A stretch of 64,000 nucleotides of DNA, from the NCBI GenBank assembly GCA_001783525.1, contig MFMS01000002.1:121791-185790 (forward strand). Reading direction: 5' to 3'. Every line of letters begins with the position of its first letter. Positions within the stretch are counted from its first letter, which is position 1. Source of the DNA: Candidatus Kaiserbacteria bacterium RIFOXYB1_FULL_46_14. GTDB taxonomy: Bacteria; Patescibacteriota; Minisyncoccia; Phycocordibacterales; UBA918. This document shows, piece by piece, positions 30,557-38,800 of this stretch. The position numbers were made by a program, and so were the translations under genes. The notes beneath the pieces were generated by a model. That model was not told the DNA's origin. It ran no database searches and was given only the letters and a program-made list of their open reading frames with translations.

Positions 30557-31120
30557 TTACTTGCCGACAGCAACCTTAGCAGGGCGAATGATAGTCTCTC
30601 CGAGTTTGTATCCTTTCTGTAATACCGCCGCTACGTTGTTTCCGTCGCCATTTTGAGCGATCGCTTCGTGCTGATATGGGTCAAATGGAAGTCCTTGCGG
30701 ATCAATCTCATCGACACCATAACTCTTCAGTATGGAGGAAAGCTGACCTTCTATACCACGGATACCTTTTTGCAGGTTGGCTGGCAAATCTGCGAAGCCT
30801 TTGTCTTGAAGTGCCATTCCGAAACTGTCACAAAGCGGCAACAAGCGCTCAATATGATCGATCTTTGCTCGTTCGCGGTCTCGTATTCTTTCATCATCCA
30901 AACGCTTGCGAGCATTGAGGAAATCAGCCCGTTGGCGCTGCAATTCCTCAAGAGCAGCCATCTTGTCCTTATCGCACTGTCGCAGCTTCTCCTTCAGTTT
31001 CTTCAGTTTATCCTGACTCAATTCTTCAATTCCATCTTCGTCGATTTCGTCAGCATAATCCTCTGCTATTTCATCCAATTCGATATCATTATCGGTATCT
31101 TTGCCGAACTTTTCCTCCAT
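30557..31120 (-). CDS. grpE: Nucleotide exchange factor GrpE
   Basis: Acidic N-terminus, coiled coil, C-terminal beta domain ending ...RPAKVAVGK. Confidence 0.85.
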   Translation of the reverse strand: MEEKFGKDTDNDIELDEIAEDYADEIDEDGIEELSQDKLKKLKEKLRQCDKDKMAALEELQRQRADFLNARKRLDDERIRDRERAKIDHIERLLPLCDSFGMALQDKGFADLPANLQKGIRGIEGQLSSILKSYGVDEIDPQGLPFDPYQHEAIAQNGDGNNVAAVLQKGYKLGETIIRPAKVAVGK

Positions 31121-31128
31121 AACTTACA

Positions 31129-31157
31129 CATTATAAAGAAATAAAATCGTTGTGTCA
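31129..31157 (-). promoter_or_regulatory. Consensus sigma70 promoter for grpE-dnaK-dnaJ (TTGACA-17-TATAAT); near-leaderless
   Basis: Minus-strand sense TTGACAcaacgattttatttcttTATAATgtgtaagttATG; no CIRCE inverted repeat nearby. Confidence 0.55.
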
Positions 31158-31217
31158 AAACAGGGTCATCTGCTATGATCGTCGTCAGTATCTTAACCTT
31201 ATAGAAAGGGGTACCTC

Positions 31218-31901
31218 ATGCGAAAGAGAAAGGCTACACAAGTGCCACCTGCTCTTCCAAAAGAGGTGGCGGAGATTGTTCGTTTTGTCAGACACACGAA
31301 TGAGTTTGGAAATGTTATGCGTCTCATTTGGCGACCCGGCAGTCCTGATGGTGAAGCAGGGCGTGAGCGCAATGACTCCCATACCTGTCAGCTGATGGAT
31401 GTTGTTTGGTTTGTTCAACAGCGTTTCCTCCCACATCTTGACCTTCTTAAGGTGTGGAAATATGCAATGGTGCATGATAAGCCAGAAACATATGCCGGCG
31501 ACACTCCAGCTTTCCCAGACAAGAACGGGGCTTATGTCGCCCTCGATCGAAACGGAAAGAAAGAGCGAGAAAGAATCGCTACGCTACAACTAAAGAAAGA
31601 GTGGGGCGAATCATTTCCGGATTTCCTGTCTTGTCTTGAGGATTATGAACGACAGAATGACGAGGAGAGCCGGTTCGTGTACGCGCTCGACAAGTTCCTG
31701 TCCGACCTCAACATCTACGAGGACAATGGCCGAACCAATCTACAACTTGGCATCACTCGGGACGAACAAAGAGCTTACAAAAGGCCTAGGATAGCTCAAC
31801 ATCCATTTGTTCTTGAACTTTATGACCAGTGGATGGCTTGTTGTGAAAAAGAACCAGATCTGTTCTTTTCATCAACCGAAATACCAAAAGTCGCCGAGTA
31901 A
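31218..31901 (+). CDS. HD-domain phosphohydrolase, second YfbR-like paralogue
   Basis: NDSHTCQL ... MVHDKPETYAGDTP ... YALDKF. Confidence 0.6.
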   Translation: MRKRKATQVPPALPKEVAEIVRFVRHTNEFGNVMRLIWRPGSPDGEAGRERNDSHTCQLMDVVWFVQQRFLPHLDLLKVWKYAMVHDKPETYAGDTPAFPDKNGAYVALDRNGKKERERIATLQLKKEWGESFPDFLSCLEDYERQNDEESRFVYALDKFLSDLNIYEDNGRTNLQLGITRDEQRAYKRPRIAQHPFVLELYDQWMACCEKEPDLFFSSTEIPKVAE

Positions 31902-31942
31902 TCGGCGGCTTTTTATGAATCATTATTTATGCTTATACATCA

Positions 31943-31964
31943 AAAAGCTCCTTGAGGGGCTTTT
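31943..31964 (+). terminator. Intrinsic terminator after HD gene
   Basis: AAAAGCUCC-UUGA-GGGGCUUUU then CTTTTAT. Confidence 0.6.
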
Positions 31965-32104
31965 CTTTTATCGCTTCGCCATCAAGTCGCTAAGTATAAT
32001 TGTTCGCAACGCTCCAATTCTACTAAGCGCTTGCAGGCCCGCCTCGCGGTGTTTTTGTAACAGGACAATAGTTACAAAAACACAACGCTCCGACCGTCAA
32101 AACT

Positions 32105-32131
32105 AAAAAGAGCTCCGAAGGGAGCTCTTTT
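32105..32131. terminator. Bidirectional intrinsic terminator (ends rpsI; possible end of a plus-strand sRNA)
   Basis: AAAAAGAGCTCC-GAAG-GGAGCTCTTTTT. Confidence 0.8.
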
Positions 32132-32132
32132 C

Positions 32133-32543
32133 TTAACGTTTTGACCACTGTGGGGCGCGGCGGGCTTTGCGGAGACCGAACTTCTTTCGTTCAACGGCGC
32201 GAGGGTCACGCATAAGGTGTCCACTCTTCTTCAAAAGACCGCGACGAGTGCTCTTCTCAGCAAGTAGAGCGCGAGCGATACCGAGCTTGATAGCATCAGC
32301 CTGTGCGGAAAGACCGCTACCGAAAACCTTTACCGTGATGGTGTAGTCACTGGCATCGAGCTTGTCGATCAAAAGTGGTGACATTGCAGCATCAACGTGT
32401 GACTTGTGCTTGAAGTACTCCTCAATCTTCTTGTCATTTACAACTACCGTAGTTGCAGTAGCTGGAGTAAGGCGAACACGAGCGCTCGCAGTCTTGCGGC
32501 GGCCGATGCCTTCGTTGTATCTGGTTTTAGTAGCAGTTGTCAT
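32133..32543 (-). CDS. rpsI: 30S ribosomal protein S9
   Basis: Ends ...RRAPQWSKR. Confidence 0.95.
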   Translation of the reverse strand: MTTATKTRYNEGIGRRKTASARVRLTPATATTVVVNDKKIEEYFKHKSHVDAAMSPLLIDKLDASDYTITVKVFGSGLSAQADAIKLGIARALLAEKSTRRGLLKKSGHLMRDPRAVERKKFGLRKARRAPQWSKR

Positions 32544-32545
32544 AA

Positions 32546-32908
32546 TTAATCTTTGATCTTGAGGTTCTTGAGCGCTGGCTTGCGAAGCTTGTTCTTAGCG
32601 AGCATGCCGTTAATAGTGCGGCGCAATACTTCACCGATGCCAAGGCGTTTAGCTAGATGGTCGAGAGTCTCAGTACGAAGGCCACCCGGGTAACCAGAGT
32701 AGCTCTGGTAACCTTCTTCCTTTCGATGTTCAGGAATGTCGAGCTTAGAAGCGTTTTCGATTGTGACGGTAACATCAGCCAATACATTAGGCATGAAGCT
32801 TGGATCGTTCTTGCCACGCAAAACTGCAGCCGCTTCGGTAGCAACACGGCCGAGGCGCTTACCAGAAGCGTCGATAGTGTATTCCTTTTTGTTGTTTTCC
32901 GTTGTCAT
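32546..32908 (-). CDS. rplM: 50S ribosomal protein L13
   Basis: ...YTIDASGKRLGRVATEAAAVLRGKNDP... Confidence 0.9.
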   Translation of the reverse strand: MTTENNKKEYTIDASGKRLGRVATEAAAVLRGKNDPSFMPNVLADVTVTIENASKLDIPEHRKEEGYQSYSGYPGGLRTETLDHLAKRLGIGEVLRRTINGMLAKNKLRKPALKNLKIKD

Positions 32909-32910
32909 AA

Positions 32911-33264
32911 TTATACAAACTCGATTACGGATTCTTCTCGGCCGGCTTTGGTGAGACCCAACTTGATAATGCGGGTGTAGCCGCCTTTGCGCTCTGCAAA
33001 GCGTGGTGCTAGCTCATCAAAGAGCTTTCGCATCACTTGTGCGCGAGGCTCCCCAAGGCTGGTGGCCGCAAGACGACGAGCGCTTACTGTACCGCTCTTG
33101 CCATAAGAAACAAGACGCTCTGCGAATGGACGAAGTTCTTTAGCCTTAGCTGAAGTGGTTTTGATCTTACCCTTTACGATAAGGTCGGCCGCCAAGCCGC
33201 GCAAAAGAGCAGTACGTCCGCGACGGGTTCGGCTGAGCTTTCTAGTTTTTACGGAGTGATTCAT
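32911..33264 (-). CDS. rplQ: 50S ribosomal protein L17
   Basis: MNHSVKTRKLSRTRRGRTALLRGLA... Confidence 0.95.
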   Translation of the reverse strand: MNHSVKTRKLSRTRRGRTALLRGLAADLIVKGKIKTTSAKAKELRPFAERLVSYGKSGTVSARRLAATSLGEPRAQVMRKLFDELAPRFAERKGGYTRIIKLGLTKAGREESVIEFV

Positions 33265-33291
33265 ATAAATTGATCGGTCAAATTAGGTCTC

Positions 33292-34245
33292 TTACTCGGC
33301 GAGCTTGAGGCTCATTCGCTCCAAGAGTTCGACGATTTCATCGAGTCCTTTTGGACCAATACCATCGAGCGCTAGGATATCATCTTTTTTCTTACGGACA
33401 AGGCCGCCGATGGTGCGGATCGAAGCGTCTTCGAGAGCACCAAGGGTGCGCGCTGATAGATCGAGGGTCTCGATACGGGTCTTGAGAACGTCTTGGTCAA
33501 CAGCTTCTAGCTTCTCTACTTCTTTTTCTTCAGCCTTTTGAGCTGGCTCAGTGTCCTTGAAACCGGTGATAGCCTTGAGCTGGTGGATCATGATTTCGAT
33601 CGACTTCTCGATAGCCTCACGTGGAGTCAAAGTACCATCTGTCTCAACGAAGAGACGAAGACGGTTGTAGTCAGTACGCTCACCAACACGCATGTTTTCT
33701 ACTTCGTAGTTGGCACGACGGATAGGTGTGAATACGGCATCAAGTGCGATAGCGCCGATGTCCATCTTCTCCTTCTGATGTGCCTCACGTGCTACATAGC
33801 CAAGGCCACGGCTTACGGTCATTTCGATATCTAGAGAAACACCCTTACCAGTCACTTCTGCAATTGGTTGTTCTGGATTTAGAATCTCGATCTGACTTGG
33901 GGCGTCGATGTCTTTAGCAGTAACTACACCAAGCTTGTTGGTCTTCAAACGCATTGTTACTGGTTCTTCGCTATGAAGAGCAAGACGAATACGCTTGATG
34001 TGGAGAAGGATGTTGATGACATCTTCCTTAACACCGTCGATAGTATCAAACTCATGCTTTACACCGTCGATCTTCACGTGAGTAACAGCCGCTCCTGGTA
34101 GAGAAGATAGGATGATGCGACGGAGAGAGTTACCAAGAGTGTGTCCGTAGCCAGGATAAAGACCATCGATCTCAAAGATCCCTTGGAACTCTTCTTCCTT
34201 CACAGCGCGAGGCTTGGATGGAAGTGTGACGTTGGTTTCTAGCAT
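33292..34245 (-). CDS. rpoA: DNA-directed RNA polymerase subunit alpha
   Basis: NTD and CTD motifs (GNSLRRIILSSLPG; ...LDLSARTLGALEDASIRTIGGL). Confidence 0.95.
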   Translation of the reverse strand: MLETNVTLPSKPRAVKEEEFQGIFEIDGLYPGYGHTLGNSLRRIILSSLPGAAVTHVKIDGVKHEFDTIDGVKEDVINILLHIKRIRLALHSEEPVTMRLKTNKLGVVTAKDIDAPSQIEILNPEQPIAEVTGKGVSLDIEMTVSRGLGYVAREAHQKEKMDIGAIALDAVFTPIRRANYEVENMRVGERTDYNRLRLFVETDGTLTPREAIEKSIEIMIHQLKAITGFKDTEPAQKAEEKEVEKLEAVDQDVLKTRIETLDLSARTLGALEDASIRTIGGLVRKKKDDILALDGIGPKGLDEIVELLERMSLKLAE

Positions 34246-34284
34246 AGTTTTAATTATTTAACGGCTAATTAAATGGGCCAATTA

Positions 34285-34890
34285 CTAGCGGCTGTAAAAT
34301 TCCAGCACCTGTTCTGGATCAAACAGAGTTTCAGAAGGTTCATAGGTCGCTGCTCCCAACACACTGCCCTCTAGCTTGGTAGGATCGAATTTCAGCCAAT
34401 TAGGTACTCCAGTAGTGGTCTTTTCCTCTCCTCCAGTAAAGAGTCCTGAACTGCGGCTACCATCACGTACGGAGATTATATCGCCAACCTTGACCTGATG
34501 AGAAGGGATAGTGAACTTCTTACCATTCACCTTGAAGTGGCCGTGAGAGACCATCTGGCGAGACATACGACGAGTCTTAGCAAAACCAAGACGATAAGCA
34601 ACGTTATCAAGACGTGCTTCAAGACGACCCATCAAAAATACTGTTGGATGAGCGCTCTTAAGTACTGCTTCATCCACATACTTGCGGAGTTGCTTCTCGG
34701 TAATACCGTAAGAAAAACGCATCTTCTGCTTTTCGATAAGCTGACGTTTGAAGTCACTCATTTGAGCTGGGCGGCCTTTTCGTACTCGGCCAACGCGGGC
34801 AGCGGAAAGAGCAAACTTTGCAGTTTGTGTCTTTTCAAAGATTGGTGCGCCTAGACGCTTGGCAATTTTATATTTTGGACCAATTTTCAT
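34285..34890 (-). CDS. rpsD: 30S ribosomal protein S4
   Basis: MKIGPKYKIAKRLG...; S4 RNA-binding domain. Confidence 0.95.
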   Translation of the reverse strand: MKIGPKYKIAKRLGAPIFEKTQTAKFALSAARVGRVRKGRPAQMSDFKRQLIEKQKMRFSYGITEKQLRKYVDEAVLKSAHPTVFLMGRLEARLDNVAYRLGFAKTRRMSRQMVSHGHFKVNGKKFTIPSHQVKVGDIISVRDGSRSSGLFTGGEEKTTTGVPNWLKFDPTKLEGSVLGAATYEPSETLFDPEQVLEFYSR

Positions 34891-34901
34891 AAATAAAAAC
34901 T

Positions 34902-35333
34902 TTAGACGCGACGTGGCTTCTTAGCTCGCGGACCGTTGTGCGGCACCGGAGTCATATCGATGATCTTACTAATAGCGATACCCTTGCCGGAAAAAGCACG
35001 GAGAGCAGACTCACGACCGGCACCGATACCACGAATGATCACTTCTGCATCACGCATACCCATTTGGCTGGCCTTCTCACCGATAATCTCACCTACCTTA
35101 GCGGCGGCGAAAGGAGTTGACTTACGAGAACCCTTGAAGCCCATAGCTCCACTTGAGGCGGCGATAAGGCTGTTACCGTTGGTGTCAGCTAGCGTAACGA
35201 TAGTGTTATTGAAAGTAGCTAGGATGTTGAGGCGACCAGAAGCAACCTTCTTCTTTGGGACACGGTTAAGAGCTCGTGACGTTCCCGCCACATCTGATCC
35301 CCCACCTTTTTTTATGATTCGTTTCTTACCCAT
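34902..35333 (-). CDS. rpsK: 30S ribosomal protein S11
   Basis: ...NNTIVTLADTNGNSLIAASSGAMGFKGSRKSTPFAA... Confidence 0.95.
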   Translation of the reverse strand: MGKKRIIKKGGGSDVAGTSRALNRVPKKKVASGRLNILATFNNTIVTLADTNGNSLIAASSGAMGFKGSRKSTPFAAAKVGEIIGEKASQMGMRDAEVIIRGIGAGRESALRAFSGKGIAISKIIDMTPVPHNGPRAKKPRRV

Positions 35334-35479
35334 AGGAATTTCTTGAATGAAGTTTAAACTTTTGGATTTGGATACAGATGACTTCGGTTGGAGGAAATTT
35401 TATGAGAGAGGTGTAGATAGACCTACATCGACTGAATAAAATTTCTGAAACCAAGGCATATGTGCCAAATCCGGAAGTT

Positions 35480-35857
35480 TTAAGTTTTTTCGAGCTTACG
35501 ACGTCCAGATCCCATAGTCTTCTTAACTCCCTTCAGGGTGCGGGCGTTGGTCTTGGTACGCTGGCCGCGTGCTGGTAGGCGCTTTTGATGGCGACTACCG
35601 CGGTACGAGCCGATGTCCTTAAGACGCTTAATGTCAGAGGACACTTGGCGCTTAAGTTCACCTTCAATAGTAAATGACTCGACTTTCTCGCGAATAGCAT
35701 TTTCCTGCTCAGGCGACATATCGGCAGGCTTGGCAGCTCCGTCGATCTTAAGCTCAGCAAGAATAACTTTGGCGCGTGTAAGCCCAATACCGTAAACGGC
35801 TGTCAGTCCGAAAGACAAATGCTTGTTATCGGGGATGTTGATACCAGAAATTCTCAT
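35480..35857 (-). CDS. rpsM: 30S ribosomal protein S13
   Basis: MRISGINIPDNKHLSFGLTAVYGIG. Confidence 0.95.
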   Translation of the reverse strand: MRISGINIPDNKHLSFGLTAVYGIGLTRAKVILAELKIDGAAKPADMSPEQENAIREKVESFTIEGELKRQVSSDIKRLKDIGSYRGSRHQKRLPARGQRTKTNARTLKGVKKTMGSGRRKLEKT

Positions 35858-35860
35858 AGA

Positions 35861-35977
35861 TTAACCCTGTCTTTGCTTATGTCGTGGCTTCTTCTTGTTG
35901 ATTACGTAAATCTTGCCACGACGACGAACGATAATATCGTCCGGACTGCGCTTTTTAATCGATGACTTAACTTTCAT
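35861..35977 (-). CDS. rpmJ: 50S ribosomal protein L36
   Basis: [38 protein letters not shown] (38 aa); the upstream part of the longer ORF is discarded. Confidence 0.9.
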   Translation of the reverse strand: MKVKSSIKKRSPDDIIVRRRGKIYVINKKKPRHKQRQG

Positions 35978-35999
35978 AAATTCCTCTTTCGTAGTTGAT

Positions 36000-36221
36000 T
36001 TAAAGACGTTTGGTGATTCGACCCTTGCCGCCGTATTGATCGAGCACAATAGCGACTCGATCGCCGACTAGGACACGAATCCTAAACTTTCGCATCTTGC
36101 CAGCAAGAAAGGTCAAGATGGTTTGATTGCTGTCATCAAGTACGACCCGAAAGAGCGCATTTGGTAGCGCCTCCTCCACTGTTCCGTAGACGAGGTTTTC
36201 CTTTTGTGTTTCGGACATCAA
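36000..36221 (-). CDS. infA: Translation initiation factor IF-1
   Basis: S1-like OB fold, ...[16 protein letters not shown]... Confidence 0.95.
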   Translation of the reverse strand: MMSETQKENLVYGTVEEALPNALFRVVLDDSNQTILTFLAGKMRKFRIRVLVGDRVAIVLDQYGGKGRITKRL

Positions 36222-36265
36222 ACGGGGGAAAGTTTAGCAGATACTTTATAATACGTCAATACTCT

Positions 36266-37573
36266 CTATTGACCGACCGACTCGATAATCGTGATATCGG
36301 CAGAATCATCCGGGAAACTGCGGGCCCAGAATGGTCTAATTGTAGCCGTTGCCTTCTCAATGGCTGGATAGCCGCCAAGAACGGTGTTAATGGCGGTTTT
36401 AGGCGCTCCAGCTAGATCCTTCTTTAGCTGTTCTGCGTCGTAAACCCAGATAAGACGTGGCTTTCCAGTTAGACGGAAGCTGATCGACTCCTTAGAGGCG
36501 AGGTCTGATTCTAACATAGCTTGATCAACATACTCAAAACTAAGTGCGCCAACGTTCTCAATCCGGACAGGCTCGTTTTCATAACCAGGGATTACACTCT
36601 TGGCAATGAAGGCAGCCAACAAGTCATCTTTGAATAGCGGTACCTTGAGCGAGACTTTTTCTTTTATCTTGACCTGACCCTCACCGACAGCTTCGCCTGG
36701 CAAAGTGGTGTAAGTGTAAGTGTAGCTTGACTGCAAGACACTAAAGCCGGCTGGCTTTTCTTTGTCCACTCTTTGTACTAGGGCTTCCTTAAGCTCGCCA
36801 CGCAAGCTTCCGAGTGCAGTTTGCATTTCGTTGTCGTCCACGATGTAACGAGGGCCGTCGAAGCCACCGGCGATCGCAGACGCGTTTTCTGCATAAATAG
36901 CATTATAGAGATCGGTTAGATCATTTTCGCGGAACCCTGGCACGGAGAAGCGGGTACCAGCTGACAGGTTGTACTTAGGACCAGCTTCTTCAGCGAAGAT
37001 CTTGGCTGTCACTGAACCAGGTACTGACTTCCCTTCGCTGTCTGTTGTCGCTCCCGGTACAACTGCAGATTCTGTGATACGGAAGACCGATCCGTCAGAC
37101 GATTCAAAACGAGTGTTTTTGATAAGGCGCTCTTGTCCGGAGGTTGTCTTATAGATGGTGATTTCACCAGTGGCCTGCTCCGTAACCTGTTCTTGGCCAG
37201 TAGCAGTAACTTGGCGTTCGCCCTCAGCTTCGAAGGTGATGATTTCGTAGGCCAATTCACCGCCGGTCGCTTGTCGTTTTGCTTCGAGTGAAGCGTTGAC
37301 GACCGGTTCACGCCAGCGTGGAAATACAGTGACCTTAGCCCCGCCAATAAAAGTGCTGATTACTACACCAATTGCAACTATCGCGAGGAATATGAATACA
37401 GCAACCCAGATGGGCTTCTTTCCTGATCCGCGGCTATTGCTACGCACACGCTCGACTACGGGTTCTTTGGGTAATACGCGTTCTGTCGTCTCATCCATCG
37501 GCATACTAGCGCGAGCCGGACGGCTCTGTCTCTTTGGCGGTTTTATATCTTGCAAATTCCACTTTTTATCCAT
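36266..37573 (-). CDS. Hypothetical bitopic membrane protein (basic cytoplasmic tail, one TM, ~360-aa extracytoplasmic domain)
   Basis: Lys/Arg/Pro-rich first ~55 aa, TM IWVAVFIFLAIVAIGVVISTFIG; no recognised domain. Confidence 0.5.
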   Translation of the reverse strand: MDKKWNLQDIKPPKRQSRPARASMPMDETTERVLPKEPVVERVRSNSRGSGKKPIWVAVFIFLAIVAIGVVISTFIGGAKVTVFPRWREPVVNASLEAKRQATGGELAYEIITFEAEGERQVTATGQEQVTEQATGEITIYKTTSGQERLIKNTRFESSDGSVFRITESAVVPGATTDSEGKSVPGSVTAKIFAEEAGPKYNLSAGTRFSVPGFRENDLTDLYNAIYAENASAIAGGFDGPRYIVDDNEMQTALGSLRGELKEALVQRVDKEKPAGFSVLQSSYTYTYTTLPGEAVGEGQVKIKEKVSLKVPLFKDDLLAAFIAKSVIPGYENEPVRIENVGALSFEYVDQAMLESDLASKESISFRLTGKPRLIWVYDAEQLKKDLAGAPKTAINTVLGGYPAIEKATATIRPFWARSFPDDSADITIIESVGQ

Positions 37574-37600
37574 ATGTCTTTAATTATAACACTAAAGGCG

Positions 37601-38707
37601 TTAACGTCCTTTTTTGTGAAAAAGGAGGGCAGCAACGAGAAGCGGCGTGTCAGCCGTAAGCTCCTGGCTCCAGAGCTTGGGAGTTATGGGGTGGATGGTT
37701 GGTCGTTCTTTCCACAAATCGAGAGTAAGAAGACGATCTCGCAAAAAACGTTGATCGTCATTTTCGGCGTGCATAAAAATAGTAGTCGGAAGTTCATCGA
37801 GGTCGTTTCCCTGAAGTAGTTTTGTTAAAACGGTCTCGTAATCATTAAAGACATCATCAAGGAGTGCGCTTTTGGGAGCGGTCAATGAGCTCATCCCATC
37901 GACATCGTTGTCTCGAAAGAGGTGTTCAGCTTCACTTTCAGGTAGATTAAGAGACTGGGCGAGTTTGGTGATTATGTCATCGGTTCCATGCGGCGTGTGC
38001 GAGATATTGCGAATCTCACCATCTGCAACCACGCATAGCTCAGTTGCAGAGCCGGTTAAGTCGATCAAGCAGATATGATCTGTTGAATGAGGTAGGTCAG
38101 AAATGACACTAAGATAATTGCCGATTCTTGGTTCTATACTGAGTTCTGTGCCTGGTAAGAAGCGATCGTGCGCCGAGACTATTTCGTTGTAGATTGATGC
38201 CGGTAAAACAGAAATCAGCTGGTATAAATTTTGTCCGATCGGTAGCAAAGGCCCTGCTTTGGCCGAAAGACCAAGCTTTCTCTCAAATGAATCTGGCAAA
38301 AGGGCAGCACTTACCTGAGGAGAACGCTCTGCTTGATCCATTATGTCGGTGGTGATATCGACTGGAATTGTGCCCGAGAACTTAAGTCCACGCGCTACTG
38401 TCTCTGAGAGCGGCGCTGAAACAATTATTTTAAAAACCTCAGGATGAAGTTCAGGGAAATTCTGGAGGAGAAAGCGCATCCCATCCATTTCCATCGTTTT
38501 AATTGAAGTCCTAACTGCGCCTTGCAAACGTACCTCATTGCCACGTTCTAGGTGCCCGCGGGGAAAAGCCTCAAAATGAGACCAGATGACCTCTGGATAA
38601 GGTGCACCGACTTCCGATTTAACTAAAGCAAGGTGAATACCATCAAAGCTAATATCAGCCAACGCCATGGCGCGCACCACCGGCTTCCTCTTGGTCAAGG
38701 AAAACAT
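37601..38707 (-). CDS. Actin-fold ATPase of the PilM/FtsA family (putative)
   Basis: ICLIDLTGSATELCVVADGEI...HGTDDIITKLAQSLNLPESEAEHLFRD parallels the PilM/FtsA VIDIGAGTTDIAVF...G..DI...L.....AE..K; N-terminal ALADISFDGIHLALV phosphate-1-like strand. Confidence 0.45.
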   Translation of the reverse strand: MFSLTKRKPVVRAMALADISFDGIHLALVKSEVGAPYPEVIWSHFEAFPRGHLERGNEVRLQGAVRTSIKTMEMDGMRFLLQNFPELHPEVFKIIVSAPLSETVARGLKFSGTIPVDITTDIMDQAERSPQVSAALLPDSFERKLGLSAKAGPLLPIGQNLYQLISVLPASIYNEIVSAHDRFLPGTELSIEPRIGNYLSVISDLPHSTDHICLIDLTGSATELCVVADGEIRNISHTPHGTDDIITKLAQSLNLPESEAEHLFRDNDVDGMSSLTAPKSALLDDVFNDYETVLTKLLQGNDLDELPTTIFMHAENDDQRFLRDRLLTLDLWKERPTIHPITPKLWSQELTADTPLLVAALLFHKKGR

Positions 38708-38752
38708 ACATAAAATTTTAAATGTAAACCGTGAATTGTTAAAAGGATAACT

Positions 38753-38781
38753 AAAGAGCGCCGGCGAAGCCGGCGCTCTTT
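38753..38781. terminator. Intrinsic terminator after alaS
   Basis: AAAGAGCGCCGGC-GAAG-CCGGCGCTCTTT. Confidence 0.75.
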
Positions 38782-38800
38782 ATCCTATAAATACCTTCCA

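Noticed and set aside
30557-31217. CIRCE/HrcA control of grpE-dnaK-dnaJ
   Set aside because: No TTAGCACTC-N9-GAGTGCTAA-like inverted repeat and no hrcA ORF were found upstream. Only a plain sigma70 promoter is present.
35334-35479. Possible small RNA or ORF in the rpsM-rpsK spacer
   Set aside because: Only 4-5-bp stems were found, and no ORF with a ribosome-binding site. It is kept as a low-interest note within the ribosomal-cluster finding.
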